Origin: an uncultured Gammaproteobacteria bacterium
Lineage (GTDB): Bacteria; Patescibacteriota; Microgenomatia; Levybacterales; UBA12049
Direction: 5' to 3'
Length of the DNA: 64,000 nt
Assembly: GCA_964598355.1 (NCBI GenBank)
Contig: CAZRBN010000001.1
Coordinates: 5,839-69,838, forward strand
The notes beneath the pieces are model-generated. The model saw only the letters and a list, made by a program, of their open reading frames with translations, had not been told where the DNA came from and did no database searches. Shown piece after piece: positions 9,197 through 19,495 of this stretch. Within the stretch, counting starts at the first letter, position 1; each line of letters begins with the position of its first letter. The translations under genes were made by a program, and so were the position numbers.

Positions 9197-10905
9197 AAAA
9201 ATTTCAATTAATTTCTTTATTTATTATTCTCTTACTCTCTTTTAGTTTGAGAGCATATGGCATTAATTGGGATAATGGCTTTCATTTACATCCTGATGAA
9301 AGAGCTATTATCTTATTTTCTCAGCCTCTTGCATTTCCTTTATCGTTTTCTCAGTTTTTTTCAGTCACAAGTCCCTTGAATCCCCATTTTTTTGCCTATG
9401 GGTCTTTCCCTTTATATCTCTTAAAACTCCTGAGCAGCATTCTTTCCCTTTGGATTCCTTTTTTAGGCACATATGATGGAATGAGTATTGTAGGAAGAAT
9501 CATATCAACAACAGCTGATTTAGGGACTCTTTTTATTATTTTTCTTCTGGGGAAAAGAATTTTTACAACGTTCAGTGGCCTTCTGGGAAGTCTTTTTTAT
9601 GGACTATCAACACTTGCTTTGCAAACTTCCCATTTTTATGTTGTTGACCCTCTCCTCACCTTCCTCGTTACGTTGTGTTTGTATTGCATTGTATTGCTGT
9701 ATAATGAACCTTCCTATAAAAAAGCATTATTGGTTGGAATACTATTTGGATTATCCTTAGCAACAAAAAATAGTGCAGTTGCTCTTATCTCATCAATAAG
9801 CTTCACACTCATTGCAGATATATGGCTCCTCGCTCTCAGACACAAAAGAAAAATTCATTTGCATGCAGAAGAAGTAAAGAAAATTATTATGCAAAATGTC
9901 CCATTTGGTATATATATTTTTCTTACTGCTTGTATTACATTTTTTATTTTTGAACCATATGCACTTATTGATTTTTCCACTTTCCTGACACAAACACTAC
10001 AGCAATACCAAATGACAAAAGATGCATTTACTTTTCCTTATACTCTGCAATACGTAGACAAAATACCCTATCTGTATGAGATTAAAAACATGTTTCTCTG
10101 GGGACAAGGACCTGTTCTTTTTCTCTTTTCTCTTTCTGGTCTCCTTATGGTTTTATACTCTCTCTATAAAAAAGAAAAACAGACAAAATGGCCAGAAGAA
10201 ATACTTCTTATACTTTTCTTAGGGACATACTTTTTTGTTGTAGGAAAGTTTGCAGTTGGATTTATGAGATATATGCTTCCGATGTACCCACTTCTTGCTC
10301 TCTTTGCTGGAATAGGTGTTGAAAAAGTTATTACATATCTTACTAGTTCACATGGTTTCTATTGGCTCAAAATCCTTCTGGTATTGTATATTGTCATCCT
10401 GGTTGGTTATTGGCCTCTTGCGTTTCTCCATATCTACTCCTTACCCAATACCCGGGTTCAAGCAACCAACTGGATACAAACGCATATTGCTCCTGGCTCA
10501 CATATTGCTATTGAACATTGGGATGATTCCCTTCCTCTTTTAGGACAAGACGTATATACAATGATAACATTGCCATTGTATGACCCTGATACTAATTTCA
10601 AGTGGCAACAAATCAACCAACAGCTTACAACAACTGATTATATTATCATTGCATCAAACAGGCTCTATGTTCCGCTCCAGAAGTTAGCAGACTGTAATAA
10701 ACACCCTTTTCCTCACTGTTACCCACTCACAGCCAACTATTATACACAGCTTTTCCATGGAGAAAAAGGATTTAAAAAAATAGCTGAATTTGCTTCATAT
10801 CCAACACTTCCTTTCAGTAATCAACCGATTAATGACCAAGAGGCGGACGAATCATTTACCGTATATGATCATCCGAAAGTAATGATTTTTCAAAAGGTAC
10901 CTTGA
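9193..10905 (+). CDS. GT39/GT-C family membrane glycosyltransferase (dolichyl-phosphate-mannose-protein mannosyltransferase / ArnT-like)
   Basis: 570 aa, about 11-13 TM helices, with the loop-1 HPDE(R) acidic motif typical of the PMT/ArnT family. Overlaps the upstream gene by ATGA. Confidence 0.65.
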   Translation: MKKFQLISLFIILLLSFSLRAYGINWDNGFHLHPDERAIILFSQPLAFPLSFSQFFSVTSPLNPHFFAYGSFPLYLLKLLSSILSLWIPFLGTYDGMSIVGRIISTTADLGTLFIIFLLGKRIFTTFSGLLGSLFYGLSTLALQTSHFYVVDPLLTFLVTLCLYCIVLLYNEPSYKKALLVGILFGLSLATKNSAVALISSISFTLIADIWLLALRHKRKIHLHAEEVKKIIMQNVPFGIYIFLTACITFFIFEPYALIDFSTFLTQTLQQYQMTKDAFTFPYTLQYVDKIPYLYEIKNMFLWGQGPVLFLFSLSGLLMVLYSLYKKEKQTKWPEEILLILFLGTYFFVVGKFAVGFMRYMLPMYPLLALFAGIGVEKVITYLTSSHGFYWLKILLVLYIVILVGYWPLAFLHIYSLPNTRVQATNWIQTHIAPGSHIAIEHWDDSLPLLGQDVYTMITLPLYDPDTNFKWQQINQQLTTTDYIIIASNRLYVPLQKLADCNKHPFPHCYPLTANYYTQLFHGEKGFKKIAEFASYPTLPFSNQPINDQEADESFTVYDHPKVMIFQKVP

Positions 10906-10942
10906 GCGAAGCTTGGTAATGAGGTAGAATGAAGCATAACCT

Positions 10943-11989
10943 ATGAAAAAGAGGAAAGTATTAATTACAGGAGGCACAGGATTTTTAGGTTGCCATTTAG
11001 CGAGGCATTTTTTACAATCAGGAGATTATACTGTTACTCTTTTTGATATTGCCCCTTTGGACGCACAAGACCTACTAGGAAAAGTTATCTATGTTAAGGG
11101 AGATATTACAGACAAAAATAAAGTTTTGAAAGAATTTAAGGATTGCGATTTTGTTGTTCATACTGCAGCTGCACTACCAATACAAAAAACTAAATCAGCA
11201 ATATTTCACACAAATATCGATGGCACAAAAGCAGTTTTGGAAGCATCATTAAAAAATCACATAAAACGACTTGTATTTATCTCTTCAACAGCAGTTTATG
11301 GAGTTCCCAAACATCTTCCAGAAACAGAAGAAAGTCCGCTTGATCCAATTGGATTCTATGGTGAATCAAAAATTGCTGGAGAAAATTTATGCAAAGAATA
11401 TATGAAAAAAGGCCTTTCCATTAATATTATTCGACCTAAAACATTTTTAGGAACAGAGAGACTTGGTGTATTTCAATTATGGTTTGAGGCAATCTATCAA
11501 GGGAAAGGAGTATTCCTTTTGGGGAATGGAAACAACAGATACCAATTACTTGCAGTTACTGATATTGCAGCACTTATTCAAAAAGCTCTAGAGAGCAACG
11601 TTGAGAATGAAATATTTAATGCCGGTGCAAAAGAATTTAGGACATGGCGAGAAGATTTAGGATCTGTTATACAGTATGCAAAATCTTCATCGAAAATCGT
11701 AGGATTACCTGTTGTCCCTTCACAGATCCTTTTAGGATTATTTGAATTTTTGGGCATTTCCCCCATTGCAGCATGGCATTATAAAACACTTCCAGTCCCA
11801 TCATATGTCTCCATACAAAAAGCACAAAAACTGCTGAAATGGGAACCTAAAAAGTCAAATAAGCAACTGCTTTTAGAAACATACCAATGGTATGAAAAAC
11901 ATCGAAATGAAATTATAGGAAGGAAAGGTAAGACACACAGAGTGGGATGGAATTTTCAAATCCTTAACCTTATTACTAAGTTCTTTTAA
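10943..11989 (+). CDS. NAD-dependent sugar epimerase/dehydratase (SDR family, UDP-glucose 4-epimerase-like)
   Basis: VLITGGTGFLGCHLARHF is a Rossmann motif and YGESK is the catalytic YxxxK. 348 aa. Confidence 0.8.
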   Translation: MKKRKVLITGGTGFLGCHLARHFLQSGDYTVTLFDIAPLDAQDLLGKVIYVKGDITDKNKVLKEFKDCDFVVHTAAALPIQKTKSAIFHTNIDGTKAVLEASLKNHIKRLVFISSTAVYGVPKHLPETEESPLDPIGFYGESKIAGENLCKEYMKKGLSINIIRPKTFLGTERLGVFQLWFEAIYQGKGVFLLGNGNNRYQLLAVTDIAALIQKALESNVENEIFNAGAKEFRTWREDLGSVIQYAKSSSKIVGLPVVPSQILLGLFEFLGISPIAAWHYKTLPVPSYVSIQKAQKLLKWEPKKSNKQLLLETYQWYEKHRNEIIGRKGKTHRVGWNFQILNLITKFF

Positions 11990-11993
11990 AACA

Positions 11994-12530
11994 ATGAATA
12001 TTGGTTTTGATTTAGATAAAGTTTTTATTGATTATCCACCTTTCATTCCATCCTGGATTATAGATAAGTTATACAAGAAAAAAGATAATGGAATTTTGCT
12101 CTATAGAATTCCGGGAAAATTTGAGCAATATATCCGCATTCTATCTCACCACCCATTACTCAGACCTTACATAACCCCAAATGTAAGCTTTGTGAGAAAG
12201 CTTTCGCAAAAAGATCATACAAAATTATTTCTTATATCCAGCAGATTTAGCTTTTTAAAAGGACGGACTACAGACGTTGTGAAAAAAGCTCATCTGGATA
12301 AAATTTTTGACAAACTGTATTTCAATTATCATGATGAACAACCACATGAATTTAAAAATGAAATTATTAAAAAAGAGCATATTCAAAAATATGTTGATGA
12401 TGATCTTTCACTATTAAAATTTTTATCAAAAAATAATCCACAAACTAATTTCTACTGGTTAAATCCCCAAAGCACTGACACTATAACAAAAAATCTTTTT
12501 GGAATAACGCATATTTCTCAAATGTTATGA
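11994..12530 (+). CDS. HAD-superfamily hydrolase-like protein (hypothetical)
   Basis: N-terminal GFDLDKVF resembles HAD motif I (DxD) and a C-terminal YVDDD resembles motif IV. 178 aa. The stop overlaps the next gene's start. Confidence 0.4.
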   Translation: MNIGFDLDKVFIDYPPFIPSWIIDKLYKKKDNGILLYRIPGKFEQYIRILSHHPLLRPYITPNVSFVRKLSQKDHTKLFLISSRFSFLKGRTTDVVKKAHLDKIFDKLYFNYHDEQPHEFKNEIIKKEHIQKYVDDDLSLLKFLSKNNPQTNFYWLNPQSTDTITKNLFGITHISQML

Positions 12531-14659
12531 TAGATGTTATCAAACAAATACTAATTTGGTGGGTTGTTTTTTTTATGATTGGAGTTATTTTTCTTCCAAT
12601 AACAAAAAGACTCTTTACTTCATTTTTAGATAAAGGTTATATTTTTTCTAAAATTATTGGTATTATTCTTATTTCCTATACAAGCTTTGTTTTGGGTATT
12701 ATCCATCTTGTTCCCTTTAATCATTATGCTTTGGTTGGAATTATTTTTACTTTTTCCCTAGTAAATATTTTTCTTCTAAAAAAAGAGGATTTGTTGGAGA
12801 TGAAAAAGTCACTAGGGTTATTTTTTATCGAAGAAGTTCTCTTTTTCACTGGTCTCATTACCTGGTCATGGGTGAGAGGGTTTCAGCCTAATATCAATGG
12901 CTTAGAAAAATTCATGGATTTTGGATTTGTAAATTCTATTCTCAGAAGCACCTATTTCCCTCCAAAAGATATGTGGATGACTCCTCTATACATAAATTAT
13001 TATTATTTTGGTCACCTTGTCACTGCCGTCCTGACTAAATTATCACTTCTTCCAAGTAATATTACTTTTAATTTTATGATCGCTACCATTTTTTCGTTTA
13101 CTTTTGTTGGCAGTTTTTCATTAGGTGGTAATTTTTACACATTACTCAAGCAGTTAAGGAAGCGATTCACAGCATTTCTCATTCCCGGAATTCTATCTGC
13201 TTGGCTAGTCACTTTTGCAGGCAATCTTCATACCATCTATACACTCTTTAAACCTTATGAAAATGATAACCCGGTTGCTCCATGGCAATTAATTTTTTCT
13301 CCTCAAACTTTCCCTAATTCCTATTGGTATCCCAATGCAACACGATTTATTTATCATACAATTCATGAATTCCCTATGTACTCTTTTGTTGTTTCAGACC
13401 TCCATGGGCATGTACTCGATATTCCCTTTGTCCTATTAACTCTTGCAACTCTCCTGGTTATTTTCTTGAAACCTTTAAATCTGAATACTAAATCCCAAAT
13501 ACTAAATACTATTTTGTTGGGAGGTCTTAGTGGCATAATGTACATGACTAATGCATGGGATGGACTTATTTATATTCTCATCTCGTCAACAATTCTTATC
13601 TATAAACTGTATGAATATAAAAAAATATCCTGGCAAAATATTCTTATACAACTAGGACTGGTTGTCGGAAGTTTTTTTGTTGTATCTCTTCCGTTCTCTT
13701 TATTTTTCAAACCGTTTGCATCTCAAATAGGTATTAATTGTCCACCTGATTTTTTAATCCATATAGGGAAAATTGGCCCTATTCTTTTTGAACAAGGATA
13801 TTGCCAATATAGTCCATGGTGGCAGTTAGCAATTCTCTATGGTTTTTTCTTTTTCTGGTTTATCGCATTGAGCTTTTTCCTATTTTTTACGGCAAAGAGA
13901 GAACATCAAAAGATGGATATTTTTATCACTATTTTAAATTGCTTTGCATTTCTTCTTATTCTCGCTCCAGAATTTGTGTATCTAAAAGATATTTATACAA
14001 CGTATTTTAGAGCAAACACTATGTTTAAATTATGTTATCAAGCCTTTATCATTCTTTCTTTAACCAGTGCATACTCCATTCTGAGAATTTTTTCGGGTAT
14101 ATCATTTAAGAAAAAAATACAGGCTCCATTTATTTTTGTCTTTACTCTTATGAGTGGTATACTTATTACCATTGTTAGTATCTATCCGTATTTTGCAATT
14201 AATTCTTACTATAACAATTTACAAAAATTTGAAGGAGTAGACGGAACAAAGTACCTTCTGTCTTCATATAAAAGCGATGCTAATGCCATTACCTGGATTA
14301 ATCAAAATATTAAAGGCCAACCAGTTATGGTTGAAGCACAAGGAGATTCATACACGGATTATGAACGAATTTCCAGTAACACTGGCTTACCAACTATTTT
14401 TGGATGGACAGTCCATGAATGGCTCTGGCATGGCACCTATGACATAGCACCTCCCCGAATTGAAGATGTTAAAACACTTTATGAAACAGCTGACATTGCT
14501 AAAACAAAAAATATCATAAAAAAATATAACGTTACCTACATGTATATTGGAGACATGGAACGAAAAAAATATACTGTTAATGATGAGAAATTTAAACAGC
14601 TAGGCAAAGTTATTTATCACAATGGAGCCACTACAATCTATCAAATCTCTTTAGAGTGA
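12527..14659 (+). CDS. Large polytopic GT-C-type membrane protein with a C-terminal soluble domain (DUF2298 / oligosaccharyl- or mannosyl-transferase-like)
   Basis: 710 aa with more than 12 predicted TM helices and an approximately 150-aa hydrophilic C-terminal domain (GWTVHEWLWHGTYDIAPPRIEDVK...). Third membrane glycosyltransferase-like gene in this locus. Confidence 0.5.
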   Translation: MIDVIKQILIWWVVFFMIGVIFLPITKRLFTSFLDKGYIFSKIIGIILISYTSFVLGIIHLVPFNHYALVGIIFTFSLVNIFLLKKEDLLEMKKSLGLFFIEEVLFFTGLITWSWVRGFQPNINGLEKFMDFGFVNSILRSTYFPPKDMWMTPLYINYYYFGHLVTAVLTKLSLLPSNITFNFMIATIFSFTFVGSFSLGGNFYTLLKQLRKRFTAFLIPGILSAWLVTFAGNLHTIYTLFKPYENDNPVAPWQLIFSPQTFPNSYWYPNATRFIYHTIHEFPMYSFVVSDLHGHVLDIPFVLLTLATLLVIFLKPLNLNTKSQILNTILLGGLSGIMYMTNAWDGLIYILISSTILIYKLYEYKKISWQNILIQLGLVVGSFFVVSLPFSLFFKPFASQIGINCPPDFLIHIGKIGPILFEQGYCQYSPWWQLAILYGFFFFWFIALSFFLFFTAKREHQKMDIFITILNCFAFLLILAPEFVYLKDIYTTYFRANTMFKLCYQAFIILSLTSAYSILRIFSGISFKKKIQAPFIFVFTLMSGILITIVSIYPYFAINSYYNNLQKFEGVDGTKYLLSSYKSDANAITWINQNIKGQPVMVEAQGDSYTDYERISSNTGLPTIFGWTVHEWLWHGTYDIAPPRIEDVKTLYETADIAKTKNIIKKYNVTYMYIGDMERKKYTVNDEKFKQLGKVIYHNGATTIYQISLE

Positions 14660-14740
14660 TAGTTTGTAGTATAAAATTCCAAAAGGAGAAGGAAAATGGA
14701 ATTCTAGATATCCTTAAATCATTTCTTAAATCCTGAATCT

Positions 14741-15862
14741 TTACTTTCCCACAGTAGGAGTTACTGGAGTAGCAGTTACTTTGCATCCACCCTTATTTAT
14801 TTCACACGCAATAAAAGCTTGAATTTCTGAAAAATCTCCATCCCCAATTCTTGGTATAAGAGCAGCAGCATAACTGTATGTAGGAGATAAGGGGGCATTC
14901 ATAAGAAGACCAGGACGCCCAGTAATAGCATCTCCATAATCCAAAACAGCATTTTCTATTTTTGCACTTCGTAATTTAGGAGCAAGCTGTAAAAATAATC
15001 CTACCTCTTGTTGCTTAATATCTGTATCAATGCTACTTTGTAAAATGCTGTAGAGATTTGCCAGCCTATTTGGATTAAAGATTGTCTGCAATGAAAATAT
15101 TTTTTCTCTAAATGCTTCTATGACTTTTTGTTGTCGGGCAGATCGAGCAAAATCACTTCCTTCAGCTCCCAGAGCATGACGAGACCGTACATATTCAAGT
15201 GCTGTCTGTCCATCCATGTGCTGCTTGCCTGGATCAAAATGCAAGTGTTTGTATCGGCACGGGAAAAACTCCAAAGCTGACGAATCACTCGCATTTTTTG
15301 AATAGTCCTTAATTTCAGCATCTGTATGCCCACAGGTCTCCTCCTCTTTTCCCTCAATTGGATATAGATAATCATCAAGTGTCCGGTCTACAGTCACATC
15401 AACCCCTCCAACTTCATCTACAGCCTTTACAAAGCCCTGGAAATCAATTCTGAATGCATAATGCATTGGTTGTCCGGTTATTTTTCCGACTTCTGATTTT
15501 GCTAAAGATAGCCCTTCAGGAGGAGTATTATCTTGTCCGTCAGCATACACTGCATTTACTTTTTCAGAAAGGTGTGTTACCCATAAGTCTCTCGGAATTG
15601 ATATCAATGTCACTTTATTTACTTTCACATCAATACTGGCAAGTATCATGGTATCTGTAAGATTTGGTCCATCATGAGTGCCCCCACCAATACCAAGAAG
15701 TAAGATATTTGTCTTTCCATTGGTAGAGGCAAGAGAGGGTGCTGTATGGAGCAAAACCTGAGTAGCAGTTGGAGCAACACGTTGGAAGAGTGGCCAGAAA
15801 AGCCAACCCAAAAAGGCAACAAGAATAAGACTAACAATGATAAATCCTTTACGCATGATCAA
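14741..15862 (-). CDS. LytR-CpsA-Psr (LCP) family cell-envelope glycopolymer transferase
   Basis: N-terminal TM helix, then ILLLGIGGGTHDGPNLTDTMILASID...ISIPRDLWV, the LCP-domain signature. Confidence 0.8.
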   Translation of the reverse strand: MIMRKGFIIVSLILVAFLGWLFWPLFQRVAPTATQVLLHTAPSLASTNGKTNILLLGIGGGTHDGPNLTDTMILASIDVKVNKVTLISIPRDLWVTHLSEKVNAVYADGQDNTPPEGLSLAKSEVGKITGQPMHYAFRIDFQGFVKAVDEVGGVDVTVDRTLDDYLYPIEGKEEETCGHTDAEIKDYSKNASDSSALEFFPCRYKHLHFDPGKQHMDGQTALEYVRSRHALGAEGSDFARSARQQKVIEAFREKIFSLQTIFNPNRLANLYSILQSSIDTDIKQQEVGLFLQLAPKLRSAKIENAVLDYGDAITGRPGLLMNAPLSPTYSYAAALIPRIGDGDFSEIQAFIACEINKGGCKVTATPVTPTVGK

Positions 15863-16521
15863 CTATTAGTAATAATATCGGCAAACAATTGAGGATTAAG
15901 ACTATCTTTTCCTGGTAAAACACCATCCACAGAAGGCTGAGTTGTAAATGAAGAAACATTTTCAGGGCTTACGCTTCCTCCGTAAATAGTTGTTGTCATA
16001 CCTTTTTCTTTAAAGAATTTCAAAACTTCTTCTGCATCTTCCGGGGTATCGGCTATTCCAGTCCCAATGGCAAATACAGGCTCATATGCAATGACGTGTA
16101 CTCCTTCAGGCACTGGTGTTTCTTTTCCTTGGACACAAACAACTGGTATCAGTCCTGCTTTTAATACTTGTTGGGATTTTTGTGCAACTATTTCATCTGT
16201 TTCACCTAGATTTCGTCTTTCGGAATGACCAACCAAAATATATTGTACAAACTCTTTGAGTTGCACTGCTGCGATCTCACCTGTATGAGCTCCTTCATCA
16301 AATGGAGATACATCCTGTGCTCCAAGAATAAAAGGTAAAGCATATTCCTGAATAAGAGCTGAAGAGAGTGACAGCAGTTCAAAAGGTGGACAAAGAATGA
16401 TAGTTTTATTCTCCAGATTTGAGAATTGAGGTTTCAAGTGAGAAATCTTTTCAAACCACTCTGCAGCTTCTGAGACTGTCTTATGTGATTTCCAGTTACC
16501 GATAATATATATTTTTTTCAT
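15859..16521 (-). CDS. tpiA: Triosephosphate isomerase
   Basis: Motifs GNWKSH, VGHSERR, AYEPVFAIGTG and YGGSV. 220 aa. Overlaps the LCP gene by 4 bp. Confidence 0.85.
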   Translation of the reverse strand: MKKIYIIGNWKSHKTVSEAAEWFEKISHLKPQFSNLENKTIILCPPFELLSLSSALIQEYALPFILGAQDVSPFDEGAHTGEIAAVQLKEFVQYILVGHSERRNLGETDEIVAQKSQQVLKAGLIPVVCVQGKETPVPEGVHVIAYEPVFAIGTGIADTPEDAEEVLKFFKEKGMTTTIYGGSVSPENVSSFTTQPSVDGVLPGKDSLNPQLFADIITNS

Positions 16522-16556
16522 GTGTTAAAATAGTAGAAGTCTTTCTATTATAGCCT

Positions 16557-18413
16557 ATGAACAATGACCTTCTCAAGCAACTGAATAAACAGCAACAAGA
16601 GGCTGTTTTGTACAACCAAGGCCCCATGATTATCCTCGCCGGTGCAGGATCTGGGAAAACTCGTGTTCTTACCTTTAAAGTATTATACCTAATATCCGAA
16701 CTGAAAATTTCTGCCGTAAATATTTTATGTCTTACCTTTACTAACAAAGCTGCCAATGAAATGAAAGAGCGTATTCAAAAAATTCTTTCAGCAACAAGTC
16801 AACCAACCGTTGCTACTTTTCATTCTCTATGTGCAAAAATTCTCAGGCGTGAAGCGATGCATCTGGGAATGACCTCTGATTTTGTTATCTATGATACACA
16901 AGATCAGCAGGATGCTCTTAAACAAGTCATGGAGCTTTTAAATATTTCAACCAAAGAATACAAACCTGCAGCAATTCATGCTATGATATCTCAGGCTAAG
17001 AATGAAATGCTTTCTCCTTCTGAATATAGTCAATTTGCAAAAGGGACATTTCAGCAAGTAGTTAGCATTGTCTATTCTGCCTATCAAAAACTCCTCAAAG
17101 CAAATAATGCATTTGATTTTGACGATTTACTCCTTCAAGTTGTTGCCCTTTTTGACCAGCATCCGGAAATCCTTGAAAAGTATCAAGAGAAATTTCAGTA
17201 TATTCTTATTGATGAGTATCAGGATACGAATAAAGTCCAATACAAACTTACTCGACAATTAGGAAGAAAGTACAACAATGTGTGTGTGGTTGGAGATTTT
17301 TCTCAGTCCATCTATTCCTGGCGTGGAGCTGACTTTCAAAATCTTTCTAAATTCAAGGTTGATTTCCCAAATGTCCGGACTTTTGAGCTATCTCAAAATT
17401 ATCGTTCTACGCAAAAAATTCTTGATGCTGCATCTCATGTTATTTCCCACAATACCACTCACCCAGTCCTTAAGTTGTGGACAAAAAATGATGGTGGAGA
17501 AGAATTGGTAGTCTATGAAGCACGAAACGAACAGGAAGAAATACTGTTTATCACAAGCTTTATCCAAAATTATGGATCAGATAATTTATCTGACATTGCT
17601 ATTTTGTATAGGACAAACGCGCAATCCCGCGTTGTTGAAGAAATTCTTCTGCACCATGGCATTCCTTACACTCTCATTGGGGGAACACGATTTTATGAGA
17701 GAAAAGAAGTTAAGGATGTTCTATCATACTTGCGTGCAGTTGTTAATCGAAAAGACAGTGTTTCATGGAAAAGAATTGAAAAATTAGGAAAAACTCGCCT
17801 TCTCAAATTTGAAGTCTTTTTGGAAGACCTGAAAGGGAAAGACCCTTTACCAACCATTGATTTATTGGATGGCATTATGCGTGCAACTGGATATTTGGAT
17901 TTGTATGATGAAGATGACGAAGAAGATAGACAAAGGCTGGAAAATATTAAAGAACTCCGCTCTGTTGCTCTCTCTTTTTCTAGTGTAGTGAATTTCTTAG
18001 AAAATGTTGCACTTGTTGAACAAGAGTATTCTCCTACAGCCCAAGCAGGTATGCCTGATGGGTCAGTAGGACAAAAAACAAATGCTGTTACACTTATGAC
18101 TCTTCATGCTGCAAAGGGACTGGAATTCCCTGTTGTTTTTATGATTGGTATGGAAGAAGGCCTTTTCCCACACAGTCGATCTCTTATGGATAAAAATGAG
18201 TTGGAAGAAGAAAGAAGACTTTGCTATGTGGGGATGACACGAGCTAAAGAACGGCTTTTTCTTACCTATACTACGAAACGTCTCTTTTTTGGACAACGTA
18301 GTACAAATACTATCTCAAGGTTTATACTAGAATTACCTGAAGATGTCATTGGAGAGCAGCTCAAGCCTCCAGGGTATAAGGACAGTGATGGAGATTATCC
18401 AGACTACCTATGA
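16557..18413 (+). CDS. pcrA: ATP-dependent DNA helicase PcrA/UvrD (SF1)
   Basis: QQEAVLYNQGPMIILAGAGSGKTRVLT (Walker A), DEYQDTN (motif II), plus the conserved VGDFSQSIYSWRGA and LMTLHAAKGLEFPVVF motifs. Confidence 0.85.
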   Translation: MNNDLLKQLNKQQQEAVLYNQGPMIILAGAGSGKTRVLTFKVLYLISELKISAVNILCLTFTNKAANEMKERIQKILSATSQPTVATFHSLCAKILRREAMHLGMTSDFVIYDTQDQQDALKQVMELLNISTKEYKPAAIHAMISQAKNEMLSPSEYSQFAKGTFQQVVSIVYSAYQKLLKANNAFDFDDLLLQVVALFDQHPEILEKYQEKFQYILIDEYQDTNKVQYKLTRQLGRKYNNVCVVGDFSQSIYSWRGADFQNLSKFKVDFPNVRTFELSQNYRSTQKILDAASHVISHNTTHPVLKLWTKNDGGEELVVYEARNEQEEILFITSFIQNYGSDNLSDIAILYRTNAQSRVVEEILLHHGIPYTLIGGTRFYERKEVKDVLSYLRAVVNRKDSVSWKRIEKLGKTRLLKFEVFLEDLKGKDPLPTIDLLDGIMRATGYLDLYDEDDEEDRQRLENIKELRSVALSFSSVVNFLENVALVEQEYSPTAQAGMPDGSVGQKTNAVTLMTLHAAKGLEFPVVFMIGMEEGLFPHSRSLMDKNELEEERRLCYVGMTRAKERLFLTYTTKRLFFGQRSTNTISRFILELPEDVIGEQLKPPGYKDSDGDYPDYL

Positions 18414-18472
18414 CGAAATAAAGGCACAGAAATCTCTTGTGTCCCTTTTGGCTCTTTTGGTACCTGTTAGAA

Positions 18473-19495
18473 ATGAGTATGTGGAGAGATATAACACCCA
18501 AAGATAAAGATGCTTTTAATAAGCTCGCAACACATCCTTTACAATCCTTTGAATGGGGAGAATTTCGTGAACATACAGGGATAAGAGTGGTAAGACGTGG
18601 TTTAGAACAAAATGACAAATTAATACAAGCTTTTCAACTAACAATTCATAACATTCCCCGTACGCCTTGGACCATAGGCTATTTACCAAAAGGCACTCTA
18701 CCCACAAAGGAATTATTGGAAGAACTACAAAGAGTTGGAAAAGAAAACAATTGTATTTTTATACAATTGGAACCCAATGTTCAGAAGCAAGAATTAGGAA
18801 TCATGAATCAAGGGAAGAATTGGAAATTGCCACAGGCTGCACATCCACTTTTTACAAAACATACCTTACAGCTTGATCTGACAAAAGCAGACGAAGATCT
18901 CCTCAAGGCAATGCATCCCAAAGCAAGGTATAACATTAAAGTTGCTCAAAAGCACAATGTTATTGTTAAAGAAGAAAATTCCTCAAAAGCCTTTGATATA
19001 TTTTGGGAATTGACCGAAAAAACAACATCTCGTCAACGGTTTTTTGCTCATACAAAGTCCTACCACCAAGCCCAATGGAAGACGCTTCCTCATAATGCAA
19101 AAGAGAATATACTCTCTTCACATTTACTCATTGCAACATATAAAGACCAACCGCTTACCGCATGGATTGTTTTTATTTTTAAAGATAGCTTGTACTATCC
19201 ATACGGTGCATCTTCTCAAGAGCATCGTGAAGTCATGCATTCAACGCTCATGATGTGGGAAGCAATTTGCTTTGGAAAAAAGCATAAACTGAAGTTTTTC
19301 GATTTGTGGGGCTCGGCTGCACCAGGAACTCCTCCATCAGATCCCTGGTTTGGCTTTACACAGTTTAAAGAGCGCTTTGGACCAGAGAGAATAGAATTCG
19401 TAGGAAGTTACGATTTAATAATTAACCCCCTGCTTTACCAAGGCTACAAACTTGCTGATAAACTCCGTTGGTTGATCCTGAAATTAAGCAAGTAA
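18473..19495 (+). CDS. FemAB-family peptidyltransferase (peptidoglycan interpeptide-bridge formation, FemX/MurM-like)
   Basis: About 340 aa; the sequence resembles lipid II:aminoacyl-transferases of the FemABX family (...QSFEWGEFREHTGIRV...FFDLWGSAAPGTPPSDPWFGFTQFKERFG). The ORF track places the first ATG at 18437; the start is uncertain. Confidence 0.55.
   Translation: MSMWRDITPKDKDAFNKLATHPLQSFEWGEFREHTGIRVVRRGLEQNDKLIQAFQLTIHNIPRTPWTIGYLPKGTLPTKELLEELQRVGKENNCIFIQLEPNVQKQELGIMNQGKNWKLPQAAHPLFTKHTLQLDLTKADEDLLKAMHPKARYNIKVAQKHNVIVKEENSSKAFDIFWELTEKTTSRQRFFAHTKSYHQAQWKTLPHNAKENILSSHLLIATYKDQPLTAWIVFIFKDSLYYPYGASSQEHREVMHSTLMMWEAICFGKKHKLKFFDLWGSAAPGTPPSDPWFGFTQFKERFGPERIEFVGSYDLIINPLLYQGYKLADKLRWLILKLSK

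Noticed and set aside
17068-18618. Small ORFs inside or antisense to pcrA/uvrD (17068.., 17278.., 17515.., 17693.., 18063.., 18361..)
   Set aside because: They are alternative-frame artefacts within a well-supported helicase gene.
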